From a virus (Duplodnaviria > Caudoviricetes): a DNA stretch of 29,434 nt. A program made the position numbers and the translations under genes. Below the pieces are notes generated by a model that had not been told where the DNA came from, did not search any database, and saw only the letters and a program-made list of their open reading frames with translations. The stretch spans positions 1 through 29,434 of IMG/VR virus record IMGVR_UViG_3300014818_000023; one strand, given 5' to 3'. This document shows positions 9,199 to 17,306 of this stretch, piece after piece; within the stretch, counting starts at the first letter, position 1, and each line of letters starts with the position of its first letter.

Positions 9199-9553
9199 CG
9201 CTTGTCATAATCCTTATGTATGTTGCGTCAAGGAGCTTTATAGCGCCAACTTCCCTTGGGCTAAGGGGTGTACCCGTCAACTCTACCCACGCTTTCATGT
9301 CAGAGTAGGTTATTGGGTTAGGTCCGTTAAACCCTGCTGTCCTGCCATTACTTAACGACAAGAAAGAAGTGAATACGTGAGACATCCCCGTGGGAAAAGG
9401 TGGCCCATCTAGTAGTGCGACAGGCCGACCAGTTTGTTTCTCCACTTGCTCTAAGTGGCTTCTAAGGGAATGTCCGTCTTCACTGGGCTTTGCCAGCTTA
9501 AACTGATGCTCACAATACTCTTGTAGGCTGTCAGTTAGACACTCGTAAAATCC
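9191..9553 (-). CDS. tail assembly chaperone T segment, expressed as G-T fusion via -1 frameshift
   Basis: The -1 frame is open from the G_GAT_TTT site (9553-9547) through FYECLTDSLQEYCEHQFKLAKP... into the track ORF 9191..9445 (GPNPITYSDMKAW...LD). Confidence 0.8.
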   Translation of the reverse strand, partial: GFYECLTDSLQEYCEHQFKLAKPSEDGHSLRSHLEQVEKQTGRPVALLDGPPFPTGMSHVFTSFLSLSNGRTAGFNGPNPITYSDMKAWVELTGTPLSPREVGAIKLLDATYIRIMTSDG

Positions 9554-9933
9554 ACGCTCTCAGCAAGAGCTTCTTCAATCTGTCCTTTGATCCAAGATGC
9601 AGCGCCGTAGACTTCTTTAGCCTTATCTACTGTGAGCTTAGGTTGTTCACCATCATAGGTGATGCTCCACTCTTTAGTAGCCTTAGCCATGTGTAGCAGG
9701 GCGCTTTCTTCTAAGTCCTCAGCTGTGATAGACATCTTGCCAGACTTTTCCATACGCTTAAGTTTAAGGTTGGTCTGGCGGTGTACTTCCGCTTTGTACT
9801 CAGTGGTGTGTGTAGCGTACATCACAATTACCATTTCGGAGCCATCATCGTTAGTCAGTGGCTTGCCAGTAGAAGGGTGGGTGATTACAACTTCAACAGT
9901 GTCTGATTTCGGTGTCAGGTCTTTAAGGTCCAT
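9535..9933 (-). CDS. tail assembly chaperone G
   Basis: ATG 9933 with AAGGA RBS (MDLKDLTPK...); lies between tail tube and tape measure; ends in a slippery heptamer. Confidence 0.85.
   Translation of the reverse strand: MDLKDLTPKSDTVEVVITHPSTGKPLTNDDGSEMVIVMYATHTTEYKAEVHRQTNLKLKRMEKSGKMSITAEDLEESALLHMAKATKEWSITYDGEQPKLTVDKAKEVYGAASWIKGQIEEALAESVDFTSV
9547..9553 (-). promoter_or_regulatory. programmed -1 ribosomal frameshift slippery site G_GAU_UUU
   Basis: Heptamer GGATTTT in the correct phase near the end of G, with an open -1 frame downstream. Confidence 0.75.
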
Positions 9934-10014
9934 TCGGGTATTCCTTTTTATGTCGGGTATGAAAGTAGTGGGGAACGCTGGACCCGACACCAACGCTCCC
10001 CGCCCTCGCGAGGG
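9934..10014 (-). promoter_or_regulatory. structured intergenic RNA element (hairpin / putative pseudoknot) before the chaperone start
   Basis: 12-bp stem GGGGAGCGUUGG/CCAGCGUUCCCC (two G-U pairs, fully paired only on the minus strand). Loop UGUCGGGU is complementary to downstream ACCCGACA and ACCCGA. Confidence 0.65.
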
Positions 10015-10020
10015 GTCTCT

Positions 10021-10920
10021 TTAGCTACGTGTGATACGTAGGCTTGTTGCTTCAGTGTCGTCACGTAGAGCGACGAAAGACAGGGCGATCATACGGCTTG
10101 TTGGGCCATCGACACCTACGTCTGCACTGTTAATCTTGCAGCGGGGGAAGAAGAACTCAAGAGTGTTAGGAGTAGCTTCGTTGTCACCCACAGTAACTTT
10201 AAGGGAAGTCTCAGTCTCGTCGATGAAGCGGTTGAGCATTGCTGCGTCTTCAAAGTACACTGACATAGAACCTTCGATAACTGCGTTACCAACCTCAAGG
10301 GAAGGCGCACTGTCGTCACCAACTACGAATGTAGGTGCTAGTCCGTTTGTAAGTGTGAAGTCCATCGCTGTAACGATAGCTGAGGCTGTTCCACCGATCT
10401 CTAGGTCACCAGAGTAGGCATCGTATGGAGAGGCGTCTGTAGCGGCGTCCTGTGTCTTCTCTGTGGCGCTGATGGCCATGTCTTTACCAACGATACCAAA
10501 GGTACCTGCGACCATAGCATTAGGTGCAAGGGCCACTGCTAGTGTGTTGACTGAGCAACCTGAGAACAAACGAGCTTGGTCGATGTCCGCAGCGTAATCC
10601 TCGATTGAGAAATACTTTGGTGTAGTGCCGATCTTGATTACGTCAGCAGACCAAGTGGACATCATAGCCCCTTCGATCAAGTCGTCGAAGTCTGTGTCGC
10701 GAAGGTCAGCTTGGATGTCACCAGCTACTGTGCGGTTACCGTGACGGTCAACTCGTGACATACGGTCAGCTTGAATGTCTGTACCTTCAACACGATCTTT
10801 AGTCATGTTAAGTGAGTGAGACGTGAATGGTAAGTTTTGGAAGTTACCAGCTGGTGTCGTGCCGAAAGTGCTTTCGACGATGTAAGACAAACTGGAACGT
10901 GAACCCTGTGCAAAGGCCAT
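10021..10920 (-). CDS. major tail tube protein
   Basis: ATG 10920 with AGGAG. AQGSRSSLSYIVE..FG.TP N-terminus, FSGC.VN, I.GSMSVYF; position after the tail terminator. Confidence 0.9.
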   Translation of the reverse strand: MAFAQGSRSSLSYIVESTFGTTPAGNFQNLPFTSHSLNMTKDRVEGTDIQADRMSRVDRHGNRTVAGDIQADLRDTDFDDLIEGAMMSTWSADVIKIGTTPKYFSIEDYAADIDQARLFSGCSVNTLAVALAPNAMVAGTFGIVGKDMAISATEKTQDAATDASPYDAYSGDLEIGGTASAIVTAMDFTLTNGLAPTFVVGDDSAPSLEVGNAVIEGSMSVYFEDAAMLNRFIDETETSLKVTVGDNEATPNTLEFFFPRCKINSADVGVDGPTSRMIALSFVALRDDTEATSLRITRS

Positions 10921-10937
10921 ATTGTATTCTCCTAGAA

Positions 10938-11345
10938 TTAGTTGTAAGCGTACCAACCGATGTTAACAGGTACTACGAACCAAGGGCTGTCAAGGTAGCC
11001 TTGTTGGGCCTCAGAGTAGTCTATAGAAACGGTTATGTTGTTTGATGTTAGTGAAGTCGTGGCTTCAAACGCAGTCATCACGTTCTCTGCGATAGTTTCA
11101 GCCGCAGCTGGTCCGCTACCCTCTGGGGCGTAGCATAAGATGGCGAAGATACCTTCATATCTTTGCTGTGGGTTTAAGCCCCGTACAGAAGGTCTACGTG
11201 AAGTAGGCAGATAGTTTACTTCAATGTAGCTAGTACCCGTTGTAGGGCTGTAAGGAACGCTCTGGTAAGCTATGTCAGGTGCATCAGTGATGTTAGACAA
11301 CTGTGTCTCTAACAACGACCTAATCTCTTTAGTTATGTTAGCCAT
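10938..11345 (-). CDS. tail terminator / completion protein (DUF4128-like)
   Basis: GIF.I.C.AP.G.G...A..IA and WFVVPVNIGW motifs; gene position. Confidence 0.75.
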   Translation of the reverse strand: MANITKEIRSLLETQLSNITDAPDIAYQSVPYSPTTGTSYIEVNYLPTSRRPSVRGLNPQQRYEGIFAILCYAPEGSGPAAAETIAENVMTAFEATTSLTSNNITVSIDYSEAQQGYLDSPWFVVPVNIGWYAYN

Positions 11346-11775
11346 ATTTCCTCTTTAGTTTAGCAAAGATATAAAAGCCGTGCTTGTACTCTACAAAGTT
11401 AGCATGGGGAGAACCGTTACGTAAGGTGATCCTTGTGCTTGTGGAGTTCTTTAGGTTGGCTCGTTTAATATCTGCGGTTAAGTTAAACATGGCATCATCT
11501 CTAAGGGAGTTAGGCGACACACCTCGTCTTTTCTTACGGGAACTCTTACCTCTTGGTCGTCCAGAACCTACACCAAAGGAAAAGGATTGGATGTAAGCCC
11601 CAGTATCTACAGCACCTACATTAAGGTTCTTGGTGTTAGTACCAACAGAGGTTATTGTTAAGTTGACAGCATCGTTTGCTATGGAGTACAGCGTATCCTC
11701 TAAGTAGTCGTCAGCTGCTTTCTCTAACCCATCTAGTTTTTTAAAGACGCTCTTGTTTAACTGGACGTCTATCAC
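11338..11775 (-). CDS. neck / tail completion protein (HK97 gp10-like)
   Basis: VDTGAYIQS and N.SPHA..VE motifs; GTGA overlap with the upstream stop. Confidence 0.7.
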   Translation of the reverse strand: MIDVQLNKSVFKKLDGLEKAADDYLEDTLYSIANDAVNLTITSVGTNTKNLNVGAVDTGAYIQSFSFGVGSGRPRGKSSRKKRRGVSPNSLRDDAMFNLTADIKRANLKNSTSTRITLRNGSPHANFVEYKHGFYIFAKLKRKYG

Positions 11776-12113
11776 TCTGATACCTCACAAATGTAACATA
11801 CAACAGTGCCACCAGAGTACATCGTTGAGACAGATGTAATGTTAACGACATCGCCAGAACCAGAGATTTGGTCGCCATCATCTGGGATAGTACCAAGGTT
11901 AGTCGGAGGTATCACACACTTACGTGAACCGCGTCTTACATCACTAATACTAATACCCTCTAGCACATCGTACATGTAACCAGTAAATATAAAGTTCTCA
12001 GTCGTGCTAGTTGCAGACCCTGTAGCAGGATCATAGGCCCCTGTAGTGGACTTAATAAGGGTTAGGTCTTGACCGTATCGGTCTACCAGTTTGAGTAAGT
12101 TGTACGCTCTCAT
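11772..12113 (-). CDS. head closure (stopper) protein
   Basis: G..YDPATG and P..GD.I motifs, 113 aa, follows the adaptor. Confidence 0.7.
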   Translation of the reverse strand: MRAYNLLKLVDRYGQDLTLIKSTTGAYDPATGSATSTTENFIFTGYMYDVLEGISISDVRRGSRKCVIPPTNLGTIPDDGDQISGSGDVVNITSVSTMYSGGTVVCYICEVSE

Positions 12114-12124
12114 GTGACCTGTCC

Positions 12125-12571
12125 TTACTCGTAGTTATAATCTGTTTTATCTATCTTGAACTGGTCTTTGTTGAACTCAGGTCTAACACGGTTGGTGTTA
12201 GCTCTTACGCCATCGACAGTGGATGCTGTGATACCGCCAGCTGCAATACCAATGCCACCCAACTTCTGTGATTGATACTCAAGTGTATCAGCGAGTGCAA
12301 CGTAGTGAGCCTTGAGTTGTGAGGCACTTTCCTTTAGTGCGCCACTGATCTCACTGTCTACGTTACGGGAGTATTTGGCTGCAATGACACGACATAACCA
12401 AGCACTAGACTTGTAGACGTTGTTGTTAGCTTGAGCTAAGGCGAAGGATACTTCCTCATCCTGCACTTGTTGGTCGTTAGTATCGGTATCACCAATAAGC
12501 AACCTGATGGCGTTCAATCGCCCAAGTGCGCTATCTGTATTTAAGTTACCTTCGTCGTAGCTCCAAGCCAT
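12125..12571 (-). CDS. head-tail adaptor (connector) protein
   Basis: MAWSY...IRLLIGDTD......DEE motif typical of SPP1 gp15-like adaptors. Confidence 0.75.
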   Translation of the reverse strand: MAWSYDEGNLNTDSALGRLNAIRLLIGDTDTNDQQVQDEEVSFALAQANNNVYKSSAWLCRVIAAKYSRNVDSEISGALKESASQLKAHYVALADTLEYQSQKLGGIGIAAGGITASTVDGVRANTNRVRPEFNKDQFKIDKTDYNYE

Positions 12572-12954
12572 CAGTCATTCTCCAACTGTCCATGTGTTCT
12601 GCGCCAACTACGGATTAGTCCGCGTTGCTTGTCATCTATCTTAGACTGCTTACACCGTTTACGGTCATACTCTGCTTTAGAGCTAGTCTTAGCTTTTACC
12701 TTCTCATTGATGGTCGCTACTACAGCGAGGAGTGCGTCTGCATCAAGAGCCTCTAAACCATCGCCAACCTTAGCTTTACTCTCTAGGTCACCGTTATGGT
12801 ATAGGTAGTTATTATTATATAGAGCCTCTACAGCAGTCTTATCTACTGATAGCTCTTTCCAAGGGAAGTGTTCCTGTCGATCCCACTGACGTTTCTTACC
12901 AGTGAAGGGGACTTTAACGAACAGGGGTCGGTCATACTGTAGGGGCATAGTCAT
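12571..12954 (-). CDS. hypothetical protein following major capsid gene
   Basis: 127-aa ORF with AAGGA RBS; TGATG coupling to the next gene. Confidence 0.7.
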   Translation of the reverse strand: MTMPLQYDRPLFVKVPFTGKKRQWDRQEHFPWKELSVDKTAVEALYNNNYLYHNGDLESKAKVGDGLEALDADALLAVVATINEKVKAKTSSKAEYDRKRCKQSKIDDKQRGLIRSWRRTHGQLEND

Positions 12955-12979
12955 CGTCGGGGTATCCTTAATGTAAAGT

Positions 12980-13004
12980 GGTGGGGACCACTAAAGCCCC
13001 CACC
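12980..13004 (-). terminator. GC-rich hairpin after major capsid gene (leaky terminator or mRNA stabiliser)
   Basis: GGUGGGGGC-UUUAGUG-GUCCCCACC stem, followed only by a weak ACUUUAC tail. Confidence 0.55.
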
Positions 13005-13012
13005 TAAGTTGT

Positions 13013-13993
13013 TTAAGCTACTACTGTATCGAAGAAGTAACCCAAATCAGCACCTGTGACTTTCATGTCATAGGCCATTTTAACTTGGATATGCTCAGCA
13101 ACTTGCTGACGCTTAAGTGCATCATCAGAGAATGATTCTACTGTGATACCCATGTTGTTTGCACCTGGAATGTTGTTCCATGCGAAGGTCAAGCCAGCCG
13201 CTGGGGTCATCAAACCTGAGTTGCGTGGACCGTGTACCAACAAAGCGTGCTTACCGCCGATGAAAGAGTTGCTTTCCGCTACGCCTTCAACTGAGTCGTT
13301 CTTCACAGCTTCCATAACCAAGAAGTTCTCGACTTCAAAGATTTCAGCCAACTTAGCATCAGTGATGAGTGCTGTGTTTGCTGTTGTTGCGCCGCCGTTT
13401 AGACGTGCAAGGATTGCTGGGTGGTTGATAAGGATGTCACGTACTTCTTTACCGACAACCATTGTGTTTGGCTTGTAACCGCCAGACTTAAGTTGCATGG
13501 TGCGACGAGCGTTTGTTACGTCTTCGATTGGTGTGCCATCTGTGTAGTCAGACCACAAGTTAGCTGGTGTTGATTCTGAACCCCAGATAGATGCGGAGAA
13601 GAAGTTTGTTGCAAACTGCTCTTCACGGTGGATCATCAAACGTGTTGCCAAAGTCTGCGCACCAGCTGAACGGATGTCCAATGCTGCGTCTTCGTTTGCC
13701 AAAGTCTGCTGGTCAAAGTCCATAGCCAAACCATACACGTTAGCGTAGTATGATTCGTTGGAGATTGACATGCCGATGCGGTTAACTTCTGTGCGTGGAG
13801 CAAGAACTTTAACGTCACCAGTACGGTTCATGTTGTCGCGGTCATAGACGTAGAACTTGTCTGACTGACGCTCAACGCCGACTGTAGGGAATACCTTGTC
13901 AGCAATGAAGTTGTTTTGGTCTTGAGCAAACGCTAGTGTTAGGTTTGTCAACGGTTGGTCCAAGTGGACGCTTGAAGGTGTTAGTTGTGGCAT
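13013..13993 (-). CDS. major capsid protein (HK97 fold, lambda gpE-like family)
   Basis: LTNL...F.Q...FIAD.VFP.V.V, W......P..D, PNTMVVG..V...L.NHP; 326 aa; follows the decoration gene. Confidence 0.92.
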   Translation of the reverse strand: MPQLTPSSVHLDQPLTNLTLAFAQDQNNFIADKVFPTVGVERQSDKFYVYDRDNMNRTGDVKVLAPRTEVNRIGMSISNESYYANVYGLAMDFDQQTLANEDAALDIRSAGAQTLATRLMIHREEQFATNFFSASIWGSESTPANLWSDYTDGTPIEDVTNARRTMQLKSGGYKPNTMVVGKEVRDILINHPAILARLNGGATTANTALITDAKLAEIFEVENFLVMEAVKNDSVEGVAESNSFIGGKHALLVHGPRNSGLMTPAAGLTFAWNNIPGANNMGITVESFSDDALKRQQVAEHIQVKMAYDMKVTGADLGYFFDTVVA

Positions 13994-14018
13994 TATGTTA
14001 TTCCTTTAATGCTATAGA

Positions 14019-14390
14019 TTAGGCTACTACGTTGCCGCCAGTAATCATTTCGATTTCGATGATTTGACCATCTACACCAGCTTCACGAGCATAGCCTAGT
14101 ACGACATCACCAGCGGCAGCAGTCAAAGCAGTACCATCGGCACCAGCTTGGATTTGCGCACCAGCAGCAATAACGCCACCAGCTTCTACCATTACGGAGC
14201 CAGATACACATACAGTGACAGCAGCATCAGCAGCTGCGCCTACTAGCAAGACACCGATAGCGTTTTCGCCAGCTGCGTCTGCAAGATCGACTTTACCGTC
14301 TGCTTCTAGTGTTACGAATTTGAATTGTGCAGCGGAAAGGTCTTCCCCAGCTACGAAAGTGCGGTTGTCGCGTGATTGCATAACAGCCAT
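14019..14390 (-). CDS. capsid decoration / cement protein (DUF2190-like)
   Basis: AGEDL....F.FV, AIGVL, VEAGG.IAAG.......G.A, G.A.EAG.DG.IIEI pattern; immediately upstream of the MCP. Confidence 0.8.
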   Translation of the reverse strand: MAVMQSRDNRTFVAGEDLSAAQFKFVTLEADGKVDLADAAGENAIGVLLVGAAADAAVTVCVSGSVMVEAGGVIAAGAQIQAGADGTALTAAAGDVVLGYAREAGVDGQIIEIEMITGGNVVA

Positions 14391-14392
14391 GA

Positions 14393-15184
14393 TTATTCCC
14401 CTTTATAGGATTTAGTGATTAGAGCTTTACCTTCGTCGGTCTTTGCTACGGCAGCGTATGCTTTAGCGTAGTCGCTCTTTTTCAGTGTGTTGGTGTCCAG
14501 ATAGGACTTTACAAGTGCATCAAGTTTATCAGCTGCGGTAGTGAACTCACCGTCAACATCAGACTTGCCTACTTCTTCCATAGTTGCACCGAAAGCAATA
14601 TCAGCTGCCTTTAGTACGCCCATGATCTCTTCGTTAGTCTCGAAAGACTTAACAAGTTCTTTAGCAGTTGCGACATCAAAGTTAGGAAGAGCTGCTTCCG
14701 CTTTTGTAGTCAACTCTGCGTCTGCCTTAGCGATCTCGGCAGCTTCAAGAGCTTTCAAGATTACAGCAGGGATGTCTGCTTTATTGATGCTCTCGCCGTC
14801 ATACTCGACGAACTCGGCTGGGGCTTTCTTCTCAATGCTATCAGCACTAATTACGTAACCACCTTCGATGAGTGCTTTACGCAACTCTTCGTTGTCTGCT
14901 TTCAAGCGTTCTACTTCTTCTGCGAGAGGGTTAACCTCTTCTACAGCTTCTGCTTCTACTTCGTCAGCTTTTTCCATCTCTGGAGCGCAGTCGTCGCATA
15001 CCTTCTCGGCTGTGCAAGTCTCACATTCCACTTTATCAGTCTCGTAAGACTTTTCTGTTTCTTCGGTCATTTCTTCTCCGTTGAAGTTGTCGCGCTTGAA
15101 GAGTGAAACCATTGCCTGAGCATTGGCAGGACGATCCACCAAAGACAGTTCGTCCAGTTCAAGCTGTTTCAAAAGGTTAGCCAT
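14393..15184 (-). CDS. capsid scaffolding protein with N-terminal protease-like strand
   Basis: N-terminal ELSLVDRPAN motif, then an acidic helical region with repeated xxK|A/S motifs and a CETC..CDDC cluster; own AAGGA RBS. Confidence 0.75.
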   Translation of the reverse strand: MANLLKQLELDELSLVDRPANAQAMVSLFKRDNFNGEEMTEETEKSYETDKVECETCTAEKVCDDCAPEMEKADEVEAEAVEEVNPLAEEVERLKADNEELRKALIEGGYVISADSIEKKAPAEFVEYDGESINKADIPAVILKALEAAEIAKADAELTTKAEAALPNFDVATAKELVKSFETNEEIMGVLKAADIAFGATMEEVGKSDVDGEFTTAADKLDALVKSYLDTNTLKKSDYAKAYAAVAKTDEGKALITKSYKGE

Positions 15185-15575
15185 TATAGTCTTCCTTTAC
15201 TGCTCTGCCGCCAATGCTAAAGGCAGCTAGTTCACCAGATTTGACCTTGGCCCAAACGTCATCGTTATATACTTTAAACGCGACGACCCAACCTTCTCGG
15301 TCACTCTGTATGCCAAGGGAGGAACCAATCTCTTTAGTGATCGGCATCGAGTGTATTACAGCCCCGATTTGTTCCCCTGTGTGCATTTCTTTACCTACAC
15401 GGACATGCTCCATAAACTTGTTTACGGCACGTACTAGCGTGTCAGGTTCGATTACATCGCCTTGGCGGTCTACTACAGGTTCACCCTTTTCGGTTACTAC
15501 TGAGGCCCAGCCATAGACCATGCGTTGTTCTTCATCAGTCTTTAATATCTGACCTGTTAAGTTCTTAGTACCCAT
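15177..15575 (-). CDS. prohead protease, XkdF-like
   Basis: VYGWA, D.QGD.I, EMH, W..VK.GEL..FSIGG motifs. Confidence 0.85.
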   Translation of the reverse strand: MGTKNLTGQILKTDEEQRMVYGWASVVTEKGEPVVDRQGDVIEPDTLVRAVNKFMEHVRVGKEMHTGEQIGAVIHSMPITKEIGSSLGIQSDREGWVVAFKVYNDDVWAKVKSGELAAFSIGGRAVKEDYNG

Positions 15576-15898
15576 TAGTCTAAGTCCTCCTTGATAATGA
15601 TTGTGAAGTAACCGTTGTTAGGGAACGTCTCTACTGTCGCATCCCCGTAGGTGACTTCGATCTCACCGTAGTAGGTACCAGCTGTGTCTGTGTCACCAGC
15701 TACCCAGTCGTACTTAACGACACCATTCACACCATCTATGATAGTTGCAGGAGCGTCGACCTTAAGTGAGGTTGCGCCAAAAGCCTTCATGTGAAAACGG
15801 GCAGAGGCACCTGCAAGTCCGATACCATTGCCATTGGCGTCTGTTAGAGTTACGGACAGCACAGGCCCAGTGTCGTTTGTTTTGATACGAAAAGCCAT
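15575..15898 (-). CDS. stand-alone BppU N-terminal-like (fibre anchor) domain protein
   Basis: IK.NDT.P.L...L.D, G.V.Y.W..GDT..AG.Y..E.EVTY.D...ETFP..GY..I.I signature. Confidence 0.75.
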   Translation of the reverse strand: MAFRIKTNDTGPVLSVTLTDANGNGIGLAGASARFHMKAFGATSLKVDAPATIIDGVNGVVKYDWVAGDTDTAGTYYGEIEVTYGDATVETFPNNGYFTIIIKEDLD

Positions 15899-17169
15899 TA
15901 GCCTACCTTAGCATTGTTGTTACTGTTGAATTGAACTGAGTTACCATTTACAACCTTTGCCCTACTGCCGATCCTTGTACTTCCTAAGTTAACCACACGG
16001 GCCAAGTTAGGGTTGTAGTAAGGTTCGCCCAACTGGTGCGCAGGCGAGATAAAGGCAGCAAACTCAAAGTTGTGGTCACCGATAAGGAGTGAAACACTTA
16101 CTTCGGCGGCACCTGTCTCTACGTCATTTGATGACAAGATGTGAGACTGATTTATAGCAGGGAACTGTAGTATAGTTGCCCCAAGCTGGACTTCTTCGGC
16201 GGATAACGTCTCTTCCTCAGATATGGAAAGTGTTGCTACCGAAACAGAACCAGTGGTTAGTGTACTGGGGGATAGTTTCTCGTCCTGAGCTATGTCAGTG
16301 TCGTGTAGTTCGTGTGGTTCGGATAGCAACTCTAAGGTAGCTACCTTTTCGTCTTGCTGGATGGCTACCTGTAAGACCTCTGGTACCCCAAGGGAAATAG
16401 GTACAGCACTCAGAGTTTCTTCCTCTGACATAGAGGTTGCGGCAGGTCCCCCACCAAGGAAAAGATAAGCAGTGGCACCTAAAGTCTGTGTTTGACCTAA
16501 AGAGGGTACATCTACTGTAGGGACGCCAAGGTTAAATCCTTGTATCCCCAGTTCCTCACCCTTGACCATCGGTACGTCTGGTACTTCTACCGAACCAACC
16601 TCTAAGTTACTACCGACTGACAGAATCTTTAGCTCTGTCATTGCAGTAGTAGAGTTCTCTGGGAAGGTGGTTTCAATGTCCCTAGCTGATAGGGTTTCTT
16701 CCTCTGAGATGTCTGTGTCGGGGAGATCGACAGAAGAGGCACTCAAGTCTACGGCGACAAGGGTTTGACCTTGATCTATAAGTGTGGTACCTAAGGTTGG
16801 GTCACCAAGACTTAGTGCAACAGAGGAAAGAACACTAACCTCAGTGAAATTAGTTTCTGGTATTACACAAGGGTCTGTATCAATATTACCAGAGGCAAAA
16901 GTCTCGTCCTCTTGAATGAGTGCAGTGGGCAATACGACAGATGCAGTATTAACGGTATTTGTATCTAGTGTCTGACCTTGGTTTAATGTAACCGTACCTA
17001 ATTCTGGAGTGCCAGAAGTGCCGAACAAAGCACCTAGTGTCTCTTCCTCTTGCATAGAAGTCGAGGACACAGTAGACGCACCAGTGGAAATGGAAACCGC
17101 AACTAAGTCAAACTCTGTCTCACCAAAGGATACGAAGGATGTAGATGCGAAAGGATTGTTACCAAACAT
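15898..17169 (-). CDS. acidic 23-residue-repeat protein; candidate fibre ruler/core
   Basis: AGGAG RBS. 17-aa leader MFGNNPFASTSF.., 16 repeats (15x23 + 1x24 aa) and a 37-aa basic tail sum exactly to 423 aa. Confidence 0.8.
   Translation of the reverse strand: MFGNNPFASTSFVSFGETEFDLVAVSISTGASTVSSTSMQEEETLGALFGTSGTPELGTVTLNQGQTLDTNTVNTASVVLPTALIQEDETFASGNIDTDPCVIPETNFTEVSVLSSVALSLGDPTLGTTLIDQGQTLVAVDLSASSVDLPDTDISEEETLSARDIETTFPENSTTAMTELKILSVGSNLEVGSVEVPDVPMVKGEELGIQGFNLGVPTVDVPSLGQTQTLGATAYLFLGGGPAATSMSEEETLSAVPISLGVPEVLQVAIQQDEKVATLELLSEPHELHDTDIAQDEKLSPSTLTTGSVSVATLSISEEETLSAEEVQLGATILQFPAINQSHILSSNDVETGAAEVSVSLLIGDHNFEFAAFISPAHQLGEPYYNPNLARVVNLGSTRIGSRAKVVNGNSVQFNSNNNAKVG
16012..17118 (-). 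repeat. 16 degenerate 69-bp (23-aa) coding repeats
   Basis: EEETL/QGQTL/QDEKL-type starts recur every 23 aa; hydrophobic residues mostly at repeat positions 5, 10, 17 and 22. Confidence 0.85.
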
Positions 17170-17306
17170 GTAGTTCTCCTAGTTATCGTCACCTTCGCAA
17201 CGTAGTCTTGTTGTGTATCTTTAAGGTCAGTAAAAGGGGTATCGGGACACTAGGTTAGCGAGGGGAACCTCTGTTGCCAACTCTCGTGCAGGGGGGATAT
17301 ACAAGA

